This document shows positions 1 to 8,227 of a stretch of DNA of 57,737 bases, in pieces. Source of the DNA: Rhodospirillales bacterium (lineage in GTDB: Bacteria > Pseudomonadota > Alphaproteobacteria > Rhodospirillales > Casp-alpha2); NCBI GenBank assembly GCA_013204265.1, contig JABMOG010000151.1, forward strand, positions 1-57,737, read 5' to 3'. The notes beneath the pieces are model-generated. The model worked only from the letters and a program-made list of their open reading frames with translations, was not told where the DNA came from and did not search any database. The position numbers were made by a program, and so were the translations under genes. The first letter of the stretch is position 1. Every line of letters begins with the position of its first letter.

Positions 1-318
1 CAGCCATTCGTCATCGGCGTCAAGAAAGGCCAGCGTGCCCCCGGACGATTCCTCGATGGCGCGGTTGCGCGCCGCCCCGGCACCCTGATTGGTGTCCATG
101 CGGACGACGCGAAGCCGGATACCATTCATATGGGGCTCGAAAGCTTGGGCAGTCTCGAAGGTGGCATCGCTGGAACCGTCGTCGACCACCACCACCTCTG
201 TGGGCTTTAGGGTCTGAGCCGCGATGCTGGTGAGTGAGCGGGTGACGGTGTCGGCGGCCTGATAGGCGGCGACGATGACGCTGACATCGGCGAACCCGGG
301 GGGGATATCACGCGCCAT
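1..318 (-). CDS. Glycosyltransferase family 2, N-terminal part (gene runs off the left edge)
   Basis: Not in the ORF track because it is open-ended. Minus-strand translation from the ATG at 318 reads MARDIPPGFADVSVIVAAYQAADTVTRSLTSIAAQTLKPTEVVVVDDGSSDATFE...NQGAGAARNRAIEESSGGTLAFLDADDEW. This is a typical GT-A/GT2 N-terminus with DDGS and DAD motifs. The start overlaps the upstream stop by 11 nt. Confidence 0.8.
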   Translation of the reverse strand, partial: MARDIPPGFADVSVIVAAYQAADTVTRSLTSIAAQTLKPTEVVVVDDGSSDATFETAQAFEPHMNGIRLRVVRMDTNQGAGAARNRAIEESSGGTLAFLDADDEWL

Positions 319-2212
319 CGGCAAACGCCTCTAGGCCGTCGGTCGGGGCGCTGGCACCGGCAGGCATTTCGACCATCAGGCGCACGGATAGTTCCAGCAT
401 CAGCAATGTGTAGGTCCTAAACCCGTGTCGGTCTGGGTCGCTTAACAAGGTGTCAATACCTGCGGGCGTCCACCAACCGCGATCCAGCGTCTCCGGGCGC
501 TTGAGGATGCGGCCCGCCGGTTCCCTCAACCCGGCCTTCATCCACGCCGGAACCGGCGAGGCGAAACCCTGTTTCGGCGCGTTCAAAATCGCTTCGGGAA
601 GGAATTTCGCCGCGATAGACCGTTGCAGGCCCTTCTGGCGACCGCCGGGGGTGCGGATATCGGACGGCACGGCAAGCGCGGCCTCGACTAGCCGATGGTC
701 GAGGAAGGGAACCCGGCCCTCGACGCTGACGGCCATGGTGGTGCGGTCCAGCAACGTTAGCAGGTCGTCAGGCAGGTAGCTGCCGATGTCGGCTGCCAGG
801 GTCGCGGTCTGGCTGTCGGCGTTGAAGGCGTTCTGAAAATCGTCGAACAAAACCGCTTGCGCCGCCGCCGAGGCGACCCTTCGGTGGCCGATTGCCTTTA
901 ACATGGGCGGCGGGAAATGGGTGGTGTGGGCGTGAGCGTACAAACCCCGGTTGCCATCGAATAAGTCCGCCCGGTTAAGACGCCAAGCGGTCATCGATGA
1001 GATTGTAGAGGCCAGCGGTTCAATCAGGCCGCGTCTTATGGCACCGGGAAGTTTCAGATACCGCTGTTCGACCGGCAATTGAAAATAGCGCCCGTATCCG
1101 GCAAACAACTCATCCCCACCGGTTCCGTTGAGGGCCACGGTGACGTGTTTCGACAGCACCTGATTGATCAGGAAATTCGGCAACATTGCGGCGTCGAACA
1201 AGGGTTCTTCCGCATGCCAAGCCAAGGTCGGAAGATGCCGGGCGACATCCCCGGCGGCGACGGAAACGTCTGTGTGGTTGGTGCCGTAACGCTCGGCGAC
1301 CATCGCCGCCAGCGGTCCTTCGTCCACCTGTGCGCCTTCAAAACGGACGGTGAAGGTATTGAGAGGGCTGGACGACTGCTCAGCAGCCAAAGCCACCATC
1401 AGCCCGGAATCTATCCCGCCCGACAACAAGGCGCCAACCGGCACGTCACTTTGCAATTGCAGGCGGAGGCTGTCGCGCAAAAGGCTGGTCAGGTGATCTT
1501 GTATTTCCGCCGCGCCACCGGGCAAGTCTGGCGCCGGTTGGGGCCGCCAATAGGCGTCGATGGTTTGCCGCCCGTCGGCCTCGACCGTCATCCGGTGGCC
1601 GGGAAGAAGCTTTTTCACGCCGCTGAACAGGGTGTTCGGTCCGGGTACCCAGCCGTGCGTGAGGTAGGCGGTAACGGCGGGTTCATTTATGGCAGGCCGG
1701 ATAAGGCCGGAGGCATACAACGCCTTTATTTCCGACGCAAACAGGATACCGCCGCCGGGCAACTCGGCCCAATACAGCGGTTTGATGCCCAGCCGGTCGC
1801 GGACCAGAGTAAGCCGGTGTGCCGTTGCGTCATAGAGCGCCAGCGCATACATGCCGTTGAGATCGTGTACGAAGGCGTCGCCCTTGTCGCGGACCAGCGG
1901 CAAGACGGTCTCCATGTCGCCAGTGGTTTGCCAGGGGTAGTCCTGGTAGGTCTGGCGCAGTTCCCGGTAATTGTAGATTTCACCGTTGCCCGCCAAGACC
2001 AGTTTGCTTTCCCGGTCCTCGATCGGTTGCGCCCCGGTCTCAAGGTCGATAATGGCGAGCCGCCGGAAACCCACCTGATAACGCCGGTCCGCGCTGGTAT
2101 GGCGCTCTTCCCCGTCGGGGCCGCGGTGCGTCATAACGCGCAGCATGGCGTCCATATCGACAGCCACCGTGTTGGCACCCTTGGGTAGGAACAGGCCAGC
2201 CAGTCCGCACAT
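308..2212 (-). CDS. asnB: Asparagine synthase (glutamine-hydrolysing), AsnB family
   Basis: ORF 308..2314 trimmed to the internal Met-Cys start (MCGLAGLF, Ntn-glutaminase Cys2) at 2212, just downstream of the upstream stop at 2215-2217. PP-loop LSGGIDSG present. 634 aa. Confidence 0.85.
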   Translation of the reverse strand: MCGLAGLFLPKGANTVAVDMDAMLRVMTHRGPDGEERHTSADRRYQVGFRRLAIIDLETGAQPIEDRESKLVLAGNGEIYNYRELRQTYQDYPWQTTGDMETVLPLVRDKGDAFVHDLNGMYALALYDATAHRLTLVRDRLGIKPLYWAELPGGGILFASEIKALYASGLIRPAINEPAVTAYLTHGWVPGPNTLFSGVKKLLPGHRMTVEADGRQTIDAYWRPQPAPDLPGGAAEIQDHLTSLLRDSLRLQLQSDVPVGALLSGGIDSGLMVALAAEQSSSPLNTFTVRFEGAQVDEGPLAAMVAERYGTNHTDVSVAAGDVARHLPTLAWHAEEPLFDAAMLPNFLINQVLSKHVTVALNGTGGDELFAGYGRYFQLPVEQRYLKLPGAIRRGLIEPLASTISSMTAWRLNRADLFDGNRGLYAHAHTTHFPPPMLKAIGHRRVASAAAQAVLFDDFQNAFNADSQTATLAADIGSYLPDDLLTLLDRTTMAVSVEGRVPFLDHRLVEAALAVPSDIRTPGGRQKGLQRSIAAKFLPEAILNAPKQGFASPVPAWMKAGLREPAGRILKRPETLDRGWWTPAGIDTLLSDPDRHGFRTYTLLMLELSVRLMVEMPAGASAPTDGLEAFADGA

Positions 2213-2214
2213 GG

Positions 2215-3948
2215 TTAAATCGCCTCCAGGCGGATTTCGCCCGACCACGGCAACGGGGCCTCCGTTGAAAAGGTGATGGCAAACCCCTCGCGGCCCCGCC
2301 CGTAAGCTTGCCACAGGGTTGTTTTTGATACCACCGCGACTGCATCGGGGGAATGCAGCAGGAAGGACTGCGTGCCGCCGCTTCCGTTATGGGTGAGTAC
2401 GATGCCGCCGGCACCGGCACCGGCCTCGGCTTTGAGCGGCGTCATGAAACGCCGCGTGATGCGCCGGGTTCCCCGGCCTTGCAGGCTGTCACTGAGGCTC
2501 ATGGTTTTTTCCGTAAACCGCCATTGCCGGGAAAGCGCGCCAACGCCTGTCAGGCGCTGAAATCCGAAATGTTCAAGACGCACTTCGTCGCCGCCGCTGG
2601 TGACGACGGGCTGCGCGCCGGTAATAGTGGTGCGGAAGGCGTCGTCGTAATAGGGCTTGTTGACCGGATAGGGCTCACACCCCGATACGGTCAAGGTGTT
2701 GTGGACCTCGGCAGAACGGTAGCGGGCGGCTTCGCCATCCTCGCCGTAGGCGCCGCGCCCCGGATCGACCAGTAGCGGAATGTCGTTAAAATGCAATTCA
2801 AATCCACCCGTATCCTGGTGCCCGTGGCCGGGGGCCTCGGCCCAGCCTTTGGGCGCGCAGTGCCACAACCCGGTCCAGGGGCCTGAGGATAATCGATGCC
2901 ATCCGTCGGACGCCAACTGTTCGGCGTCGACGGGGCGGACATCATCAATTAACGCCAACACAGCGCTCCTGTCATCTTCGCATAGCCCGGCGACCCAGCC
3001 GATGTTGGCTCCGGTTAGCCCGAGTAAATGTTCAGGGGAGCAATCGGGGGAAATGTCGCCAACCAGGGGCATTCCGCCGGGTAGGACCAGCCATGGCACG
3101 ACGGCGAGCGCGCGTGATGCGATGTCTCTTAAACCGGGCTCCTCGGCCCGACCGTGACGGCGCGCCGCCAGCCAGGCATCGACGTAATTGCGCGTGATCA
3201 ACAGGTGATAATGGCTGGAACCCTCGCGCAGGACACCGGAGGTTAGCAAGATCCGTTTTGATTCCTGCTCGAGGATACGCGCCCCCGCCTCGGTGGCCCA
3301 ATCCAGATCCAACGCCAAGCCCAATCGGTACAGCCCGCGCCCGTTGTTGGACAGATGGTTGGACGTGTCATGATCGCCGAAATACTCCAGTCGCTGGAAA
3401 ATCGCCTCGGCGTGGCGCGCCAGCACTGCGAGGGTGTCATCGACAGGTTCCGGCAGTCCCTGTGTTTCGGCCAGATCGAGTATATTGATGGCGCGTTCCG
3501 CCGCAGTGTAGGGGTGCCAGGCCCAGCCGTCACCTAGCTCGCCGAAGCTTTCGCGCCAGACGTTCCACAGGGCTTGGGCCCAGTTCTGGGCGGCCTCGCC
3601 GCCGCGGAGCGGCAGCCAGGCAAACCGGTGCAGCGCCAGCAGTGTTTCGATGTCTTTATAGGAGCGCTGGAATACTTCCTTCTCATCGCCGGGATCGAGT
3701 TTGAGGGTTAAACCCGCAAGCGGTAATTCGATGGCGCCCTTGGGCAACGTCGCCGCAAGGGGCCGAAAGTCGCCCGGCGTGATGCTGGGGGATGAGGCGG
3801 AAACGGAAAACCCGTCCAGGTAGGGCGGACGGTGAGCGGTGAATAGGGCCGGTGCGGACGCGCGCAGGGTCAAGCGGCGAACCAGCCATTGCCGGAGCAC
3901 GGGATCATCGGCAATCTGACGGGTCTTGCGGAGAAAATTTTTAAACAT
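2215..3948 (-). CDS. Heparinase II/III-like protein (polysaccharide lyase-like)
   Basis: 577 aa. The C-terminal region APGHGHQDTGGFELHFNDIPLLVDPGRGAYG and the central SSHYHLL are typical of the heparinase II/III family. Confidence 0.7.
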   Translation of the reverse strand: MFKNFLRKTRQIADDPVLRQWLVRRLTLRASAPALFTAHRPPYLDGFSVSASSPSITPGDFRPLAATLPKGAIELPLAGLTLKLDPGDEKEVFQRSYKDIETLLALHRFAWLPLRGGEAAQNWAQALWNVWRESFGELGDGWAWHPYTAAERAINILDLAETQGLPEPVDDTLAVLARHAEAIFQRLEYFGDHDTSNHLSNNGRGLYRLGLALDLDWATEAGARILEQESKRILLTSGVLREGSSHYHLLITRNYVDAWLAARRHGRAEEPGLRDIASRALAVVPWLVLPGGMPLVGDISPDCSPEHLLGLTGANIGWVAGLCEDDRSAVLALIDDVRPVDAEQLASDGWHRLSSGPWTGLWHCAPKGWAEAPGHGHQDTGGFELHFNDIPLLVDPGRGAYGEDGEAARYRSAEVHNTLTVSGCEPYPVNKPYYDDAFRTTITGAQPVVTSGGDEVRLEHFGFQRLTGVGALSRQWRFTEKTMSLSDSLQGRGTRRITRRFMTPLKAEAGAGAGGIVLTHNGSGGTQSFLLHSPDAVAVVSKTTLWQAYGRGREGFAITFSTEAPLPWSGEIRLEAI

Positions 3949-4001
3949 AAGGCGGGTGATTGACGGCTGGCTCCAGGCGAGGTTGCAGTTTATTCTCGGG
4001 C

Positions 4002-4913
4002 ATGACTTTGACGAAAGACAAACACGATATCCAGGCCTTCTGGGGATCTTTGTACGATTCGCTTTATGGCGACGCGGACCAGGACATCACCCGCGAACAG
4101 TTGCTGGAAGCCCTCGGTGCCTTGGAAGACATGTTCCGCCTGCGCGGCCACCTGGCGGTGGTCGAAATGCCGCTCGGCGACCTTGCGGGGAAACGGGTTT
4201 TGGAAATCGGCCCCGGCGCGGGCGGCCATTCGGCCTTGTTTGCGCGCCATGGGGCGTTGGTTACGGCCGTCGATATTACCAGTGCCCGGGCGCGGGCAAC
4301 GGCGAAAAAATTTGCAACCCTCGGTGCCGAGGGTTGCTCGGCGATGCAGGGCGATGCCGAATTTCTGCCTTTTGACGCCGCAACCTTCGATATTGTCTAT
4401 TCCAACGGTGTCCTGCACCACACCAATGACACCGAAGCGGCTATCGACGAAGTGTTTCGCGTGCTCCGGCCCGGCGGGCGGGCGGTCATCATGCTGTATT
4501 GTAAAAGCTCCTGGCATTACTGGATCAACATGTGGCTGTGCGTCGGCGTCCTCAAAGGAGCACTGCTGAGCGGGAAAAACTGGCTTGGCCGGGCCACCGA
4601 ATGGGGTGGCAAGAACACACAGACGGTCGAAAACCCGATTACGCGATGTTACACCGCCGGCGGAATCCGCACCTTGTTCGGGCGCTTCGAGAATCTGACC
4701 CTGCGCAAGGGTGACTTCTACTTTTATCTTATCCCCAAGCTGGGTCGCCTGTACCGACGTTGGCAGATCAAACACTACGGCACCCATCCGGGCGGGTATC
4801 TGGTCTATGGCGAGCCGTGGCCTATTCAGTCGCCGCTGGAATATTGGCTCGGCGGCGTTATGGGGTTCTCCTGGTTTATATCGGCCACCAAGGCTGATGA
4901 GAACGCTCAATAA
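4002..4913 (+). CDS. Class I SAM-dependent methyltransferase (only plus-strand gene)
   Basis: VLEIGPGAGGHSALFARHGALVTAVD (SAM-binding motif I), FDIVYSNGVLHH and LRPGGRAVIM. The ORF opens with TTG at 3960; ATG at 4002 is the alternative chosen here. Confidence 0.8.
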   Translation: MTLTKDKHDIQAFWGSLYDSLYGDADQDITREQLLEALGALEDMFRLRGHLAVVEMPLGDLAGKRVLEIGPGAGGHSALFARHGALVTAVDITSARARATAKKFATLGAEGCSAMQGDAEFLPFDAATFDIVYSNGVLHHTNDTEAAIDEVFRVLRPGGRAVIMLYCKSSWHYWINMWLCVGVLKGALLSGKNWLGRATEWGGKNTQTVENPITRCYTAGGIRTLFGRFENLTLRKGDFYFYLIPKLGRLYRRWQIKHYGTHPGGYLVYGEPWPIQSPLEYWLGGVMGFSWFISATKADENAQ

Positions 4914-5857
4914 CCTTTCGGGAAAATACCCTTCTCGGGTACCTGGTTGTCATCCAGCCCCTGAATAGCGGCGCGTCCCATGGCCAGGATGGCTTCTTCG
5001 GCGCTGCCGCCGAGATGCGGCGTTACGATGAAATTAGGCAGTTCCAGGAGTTCCTGGTCCTCGGGCGGCTCCATCACGAACACGTCCAGGGCCGCGCCGC
5101 CTAATCGGCCTTCCGTCAACGCCGCCTTCAAGGCGTCTTCGTCGAGCAGTCCGCCGCGCGCCGCGTTGATCACGATGGCGTCCGGTTTCATCAACGCCAA
5201 TCGCTCAGCGGATAGTATGTTGCGGGTGCTGTTGTCGATCGGCAGATGCAGCGTGACGACGTCGGATTGTTGCAGAAGGTCCTCCAACCCGACTGGCTCG
5301 ATAGCGTGTTCGGTGTAGAAATCCGAAAAATCGAGGATGTCGTGGGCCAACACCCGGCAACCGAAGGCACGCAATAGAACCGCCAGGTCCTTGCCGACAT
5401 AACCACAGCCGATAATGCCGACGGTGCGTTGCGACAGTTGCCGACCGACGTGCTGGCGCCAGGTGCCGTTAATGACTTCGCGTTCGGCCCGAGGTGTATG
5501 GCGCAGAAGCTGGACGGCAAACGAAATCACCAGTTCAGAGACGGATCGTTTGTTGGTGCCGCCGGACCAGCCCAGTTTGACCCCGGCCTTTGTCATGGCG
5601 CCCAGGTCGATCATGTCGAAGCCGACGCCGTATTTTGATAATACCTTCAGTTCCGGCAACTCCGCGAAGACTTTGGCGTCGAGAGTTTCAAGCGCTGTGA
5701 TCGCTCTGTCATGGCCCTTTAGGAAGGCAACCAGTTCATCACCGGCCAGTTTCAAGCCATCGTCGTTAAAGGTCGTGTTGGGGTAGCGTTCAAGTAACTC
5801 GTCCCTGAGAACCGGGTTGCGGGAAAACGAGCGCGACGTGACGGCGACGCTGGTCAT
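4907..5857 (-). CDS. D-isomer-specific 2-hydroxyacid dehydrogenase (glycerate/phosphoglycerate dehydrogenase-like)
   Basis: NAD fold GIIGCGYVGKDLAVLLRAFGCRVLAHD, NAARGGLLDEDAL, and catalytic His region VTPHLGGS. Confidence 0.85.
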   Translation of the reverse strand: MTSVAVTSRSFSRNPVLRDELLERYPNTTFNDDGLKLAGDELVAFLKGHDRAITALETLDAKVFAELPELKVLSKYGVGFDMIDLGAMTKAGVKLGWSGGTNKRSVSELVISFAVQLLRHTPRAEREVINGTWRQHVGRQLSQRTVGIIGCGYVGKDLAVLLRAFGCRVLAHDILDFSDFYTEHAIEPVGLEDLLQQSDVVTLHLPIDNSTRNILSAERLALMKPDAIVINAARGGLLDEDALKAALTEGRLGGAALDVFVMEPPEDQELLELPNFIVTPHLGGSAEEAILAMGRAAIQGLDDNQVPEKGIFPKGY

Positions 5858-6552
5858 CAGGCGGTAACCTTGGAAATATCATCGAGCGCCTGGGCCAGAT
5901 CATCAAAGTGGTCAATTAACGCATCGGCGCCGATTTCATCCAGGGGCACGTGGGCATACCCGAAAGTGACACAAATGGACCGGACTCCGGCATCAACAGC
6001 GGCATGAATGTCGTTTTCGCTGTCGCCGACCATGACGACGGTGTCAGGGGCGACGCCCAGTTGCTCGGCACAGGCCAAAACGTGGCGCCCGTCCGGTTTG
6101 CTAAAGGGCACGGCATCACCACAGGTGACGACGTCGAAAAAACCGTCCAGCCCCATCGCCGTCAAGACCGGCGGCGTCGTTGCCGTCGGTTTGTTGGTGC
6201 AGATTGCCATTTTGAAACCGGCGTCCTTGAAGTGTTGCAGGGCTTCGATGACGCCGGGAAAGACAGTGGTATGATCCGCCGGGTGCTCGGCATAGGTGAC
6301 GAGAAACGCCTCCAGGGCGCGGTCGATATCTTCGGGCGTTCCCGCATCCCCGGTCAGCGCCAGGGCCTTTTCCAACAGCACCCGGCCCCCCCAGCCGATC
6401 ATCTCCTTGGTTTCTTCAGGCGATAACGCTCGCCGTCCATCCGCCTCCAGGACCCGATTGACCGAGGCGCAAACATCGGGGGCCGAATCGATGAGGGTGC
6501 CGTCGAGATCGAAGATCAGGGCCTCGAAGGGGTTGGCGCGGAGGTCGTTCAT
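5857..6552 (-). CDS. HAD-superfamily phosphatase (phosphoglycolate phosphatase-like)
   Basis: HAD motifs LIFDLDGTLIDS, CTNKP and VGDSENDIHAA. Confidence 0.85.
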   Translation of the reverse strand: MNDLRANPFEALIFDLDGTLIDSAPDVCASVNRVLEADGRRALSPEETKEMIGWGGRVLLEKALALTGDAGTPEDIDRALEAFLVTYAEHPADHTTVFPGVIEALQHFKDAGFKMAICTNKPTATTPPVLTAMGLDGFFDVVTCGDAVPFSKPDGRHVLACAEQLGVAPDTVVMVGDSENDIHAAVDAGVRSICVTFGYAHVPLDEIGADALIDHFDDLAQALDDISKVTA

Positions 6553-7595
6553 TCGGGCATGCCTTTCTTGCGCCCGATGACATCGAACAACGCGCCTTCC
6601 CGCGCGATGGTGCCGAGCCAGGACAGTTGCGTTACCACGCGCTGGTAGGAATTGCCAGGTGCTGTCGCCCGGAACAGGTCGCCGGTATCTTCGGCGGCCT
6701 CGCCATCGGTGCCGAGAATGGCCGGCGAACAGTTGAGATATTCGATATCGTTTTCATCGAACCACGTCTGCACGTCGCCGATGGAATGCCAGGTTTCATG
6801 CGGATTGTAATATTGATCCTTGATCCAGGTTTCCGCCTTGCGCGCGTCTTTGATACGGTTGCGCACGACATAGTCGATTTTACCGCCGGTAAGTCTGATG
6901 ATTTTAGACCGCGCCCAAGTGGGTATGCGGGCATAGCTGTTGTACAGCCCGACCATGATAATGCCGCCCGGCTTGGCCTTGCGGGCAATGGCGGCGAAGG
7001 CGCGGCGCGCATCGAAGGTGTGGTGCAGGACGCCGTGGGAAATGACAACATCGAAAGACCCATCGCGGACCGCCAGGTCGAAAATATTCATCTGCGCGAA
7101 ACTGCTGCGCGCCAGGCCGTTGCGTAATTTATGTTCGACGGCCAGCCTGAGGCTACCCAGCGACATATCGATGCCGAGCACGTGGTTGTTGTTGAGTTGC
7201 AGGAAATGGGACAATTGCCCCGTACCGCAGCCGCATTCCAGCACCGTCTTGTTGTAACCGATGGCCTTCAACAAGTTGGCGGAAAAGGCATTCTGGCTGC
7301 CCTTGGAGACCAGTTCCCCGAATTCCTCCAGCCCCTCGTAATTGGGGAAAGGCGTTTCCTCGTAAAAGGATTTGACGCGTGCCGTGACTTCCTCACCTTC
7401 GCCTTCGGGAGGGGAATACAACGATGGTACGTCGCCGATATGGGGATAAATTTCCCCCGTATCCGGACAACAAAATCCATTATCGGTCAGTTCCAGACCC
7501 TGGTCGTCACTGCCGCCCGGCGCCTTCAGGCACGCCAGAATGCGGTCCGAGACCATCGGCGGCGGAGCCGTGGACTTTTGTGTATCTGCGCTCAC
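6549..7595 (-). CDS. Class I SAM-dependent methyltransferase with Trm112-like N-terminal segment
   Basis: VLECGCGTGQLSHFL, FDVVISHGVLHH and KPGGIIMV. N-terminal ILACLKAP...CCPDTGEIYPHIGDVPSL. Start set at the GTG at 7595 (GTGA overlap with the upstream stop, GAAGGA upstream). ATG at 7556 or 7661 are alternatives. Confidence 0.75.
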   Translation of the reverse strand: MSADTQKSTAPPPMVSDRILACLKAPGGSDDQGLELTDNGFCCPDTGEIYPHIGDVPSLYSPPEGEGEEVTARVKSFYEETPFPNYEGLEEFGELVSKGSQNAFSANLLKAIGYNKTVLECGCGTGQLSHFLQLNNNHVLGIDMSLGSLRLAVEHKLRNGLARSSFAQMNIFDLAVRDGSFDVVISHGVLHHTFDARRAFAAIARKAKPGGIIMVGLYNSYARIPTWARSKIIRLTGGKIDYVVRNRIKDARKAETWIKDQYYNPHETWHSIGDVQTWFDENDIEYLNCSPAILGTDGEAAEDTGDLFRATAPGNSYQRVVTQLSWLGTIAREGALFDVIGRKKGMPE

Positions 7596-8227
7596 TGTTG
7601 TTCCTTCAGCAATACATAATTGCCCAGCACCAGGACATCCATCTCGGTCGCCATAAAACATTTATAGGCGTCTTCGGGCGAACAAACGATGGGCTCGTCG
7701 CGCACGTTAAAGCTGGTATTGACCAGAACGCCGCGCCCGGTTTCCTTTTTGAAACTGGTCAACAGCCGGTGAAAGCGTGGGTTGGTTTCTATGTGCACGG
7801 TCTGCACCCGCGCCGAATTATCGACATGGGTAATCGCCGGCACGTCGCTGCGGATCACGCCCAGCTTTTCAAAACCCGTTTTCGCCTGGTCTTCGGCGCT
7901 TAAGCTTAGAAGTTTGTCTGCCGTTACATCAGACACCAGCAGCATATAGGGGCTTGCGGTATCGAGGTCGAAATACTCGCGCACATCCTCGTTCAAAATC
8001 GCCGGGGCGAAGGGGCGGAAGCTTTCCCGGTATTTGATTTTCAGGTTGAGGGTCTGTTGCATCGCTGCCGAATGCGGGTCGCCCAGGATAGACCGGTTGC
8101 CGAGTGAGCGCGGCCCGAATTCCATGCGGCCCTGAAACCAGCCGACGATGTTCTCGCCCGCCAGTTTCCCGGCTATGAGGGGGAACAAGGCGTCATCGGT
8201 CATTTCCTCAAACGTGGCGCCAAACAA
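7592..8227 (-). CDS. Carbamoyltransferase (NodU/CmcH family), C-terminal part, separated from the N-terminal part only by an in-frame TAG
   Basis: IVGWFQGRMEFGPRSLGNRSILGDPH, YRESFRPFAPAIL and VLVNTSFNVRDEPIV. The ORF begins at a TTG immediately after the TAG at 8228-8230, in the same frame. Confidence 0.8.
   Translation of the reverse strand: MFGATFEEMTDDALFPLIAGKLAGENIVGWFQGRMEFGPRSLGNRSILGDPHSAAMQQTLNLKIKYRESFRPFAPAILNEDVREYFDLDTASPYMLLVSDVTADKLLSLSAEDQAKTGFEKLGVIRSDVPAITHVDNSARVQTVHIETNPRFHRLLTSFKKETGRGVLVNTSFNVRDEPIVCSPEDAYKCFMATEMDVLVLGNYVLLKEQQ

Noticed and set aside
298-304. G/C runs of 7 nt (298..304 near the 5-prime end of the GT2 gene, 18595..18601, 21664..21670) as contingency tracts.
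   Set aside because: They are Pro-Pro or Gly-Gly codon pairs of a kind that recurs several times in this GC-rich sequence. Seven residues is below typical phase-variable lengths. Only the 8-mer at 42728 is reported, and only at low interest.
1079-2188. Long antisense ORFs, including 1079..2188(+), 17704..18858(+), 18455..19537(+), 28683..29822(+), 25267..26013(+), 31347..32084(+) and 19960..20652(+).
   Set aside because: Each lies opposite a gene with unmistakable family motifs. Their translations are Arg/Gly/Ala/Pro-rich with no recognisable motif, which is the usual shadow-ORF artefact of GC-rich DNA.
3990-4910. A minus-strand 306-aa ORF that would make the whole window unidirectional.
   Set aside because: Its translation has no motifs. 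The plus-strand frame carries clear SAM-methyltransferase motifs (VLEIGPGAGG, VLHH, LRPGGRAVIM), so the plus-strand gene is the real one.
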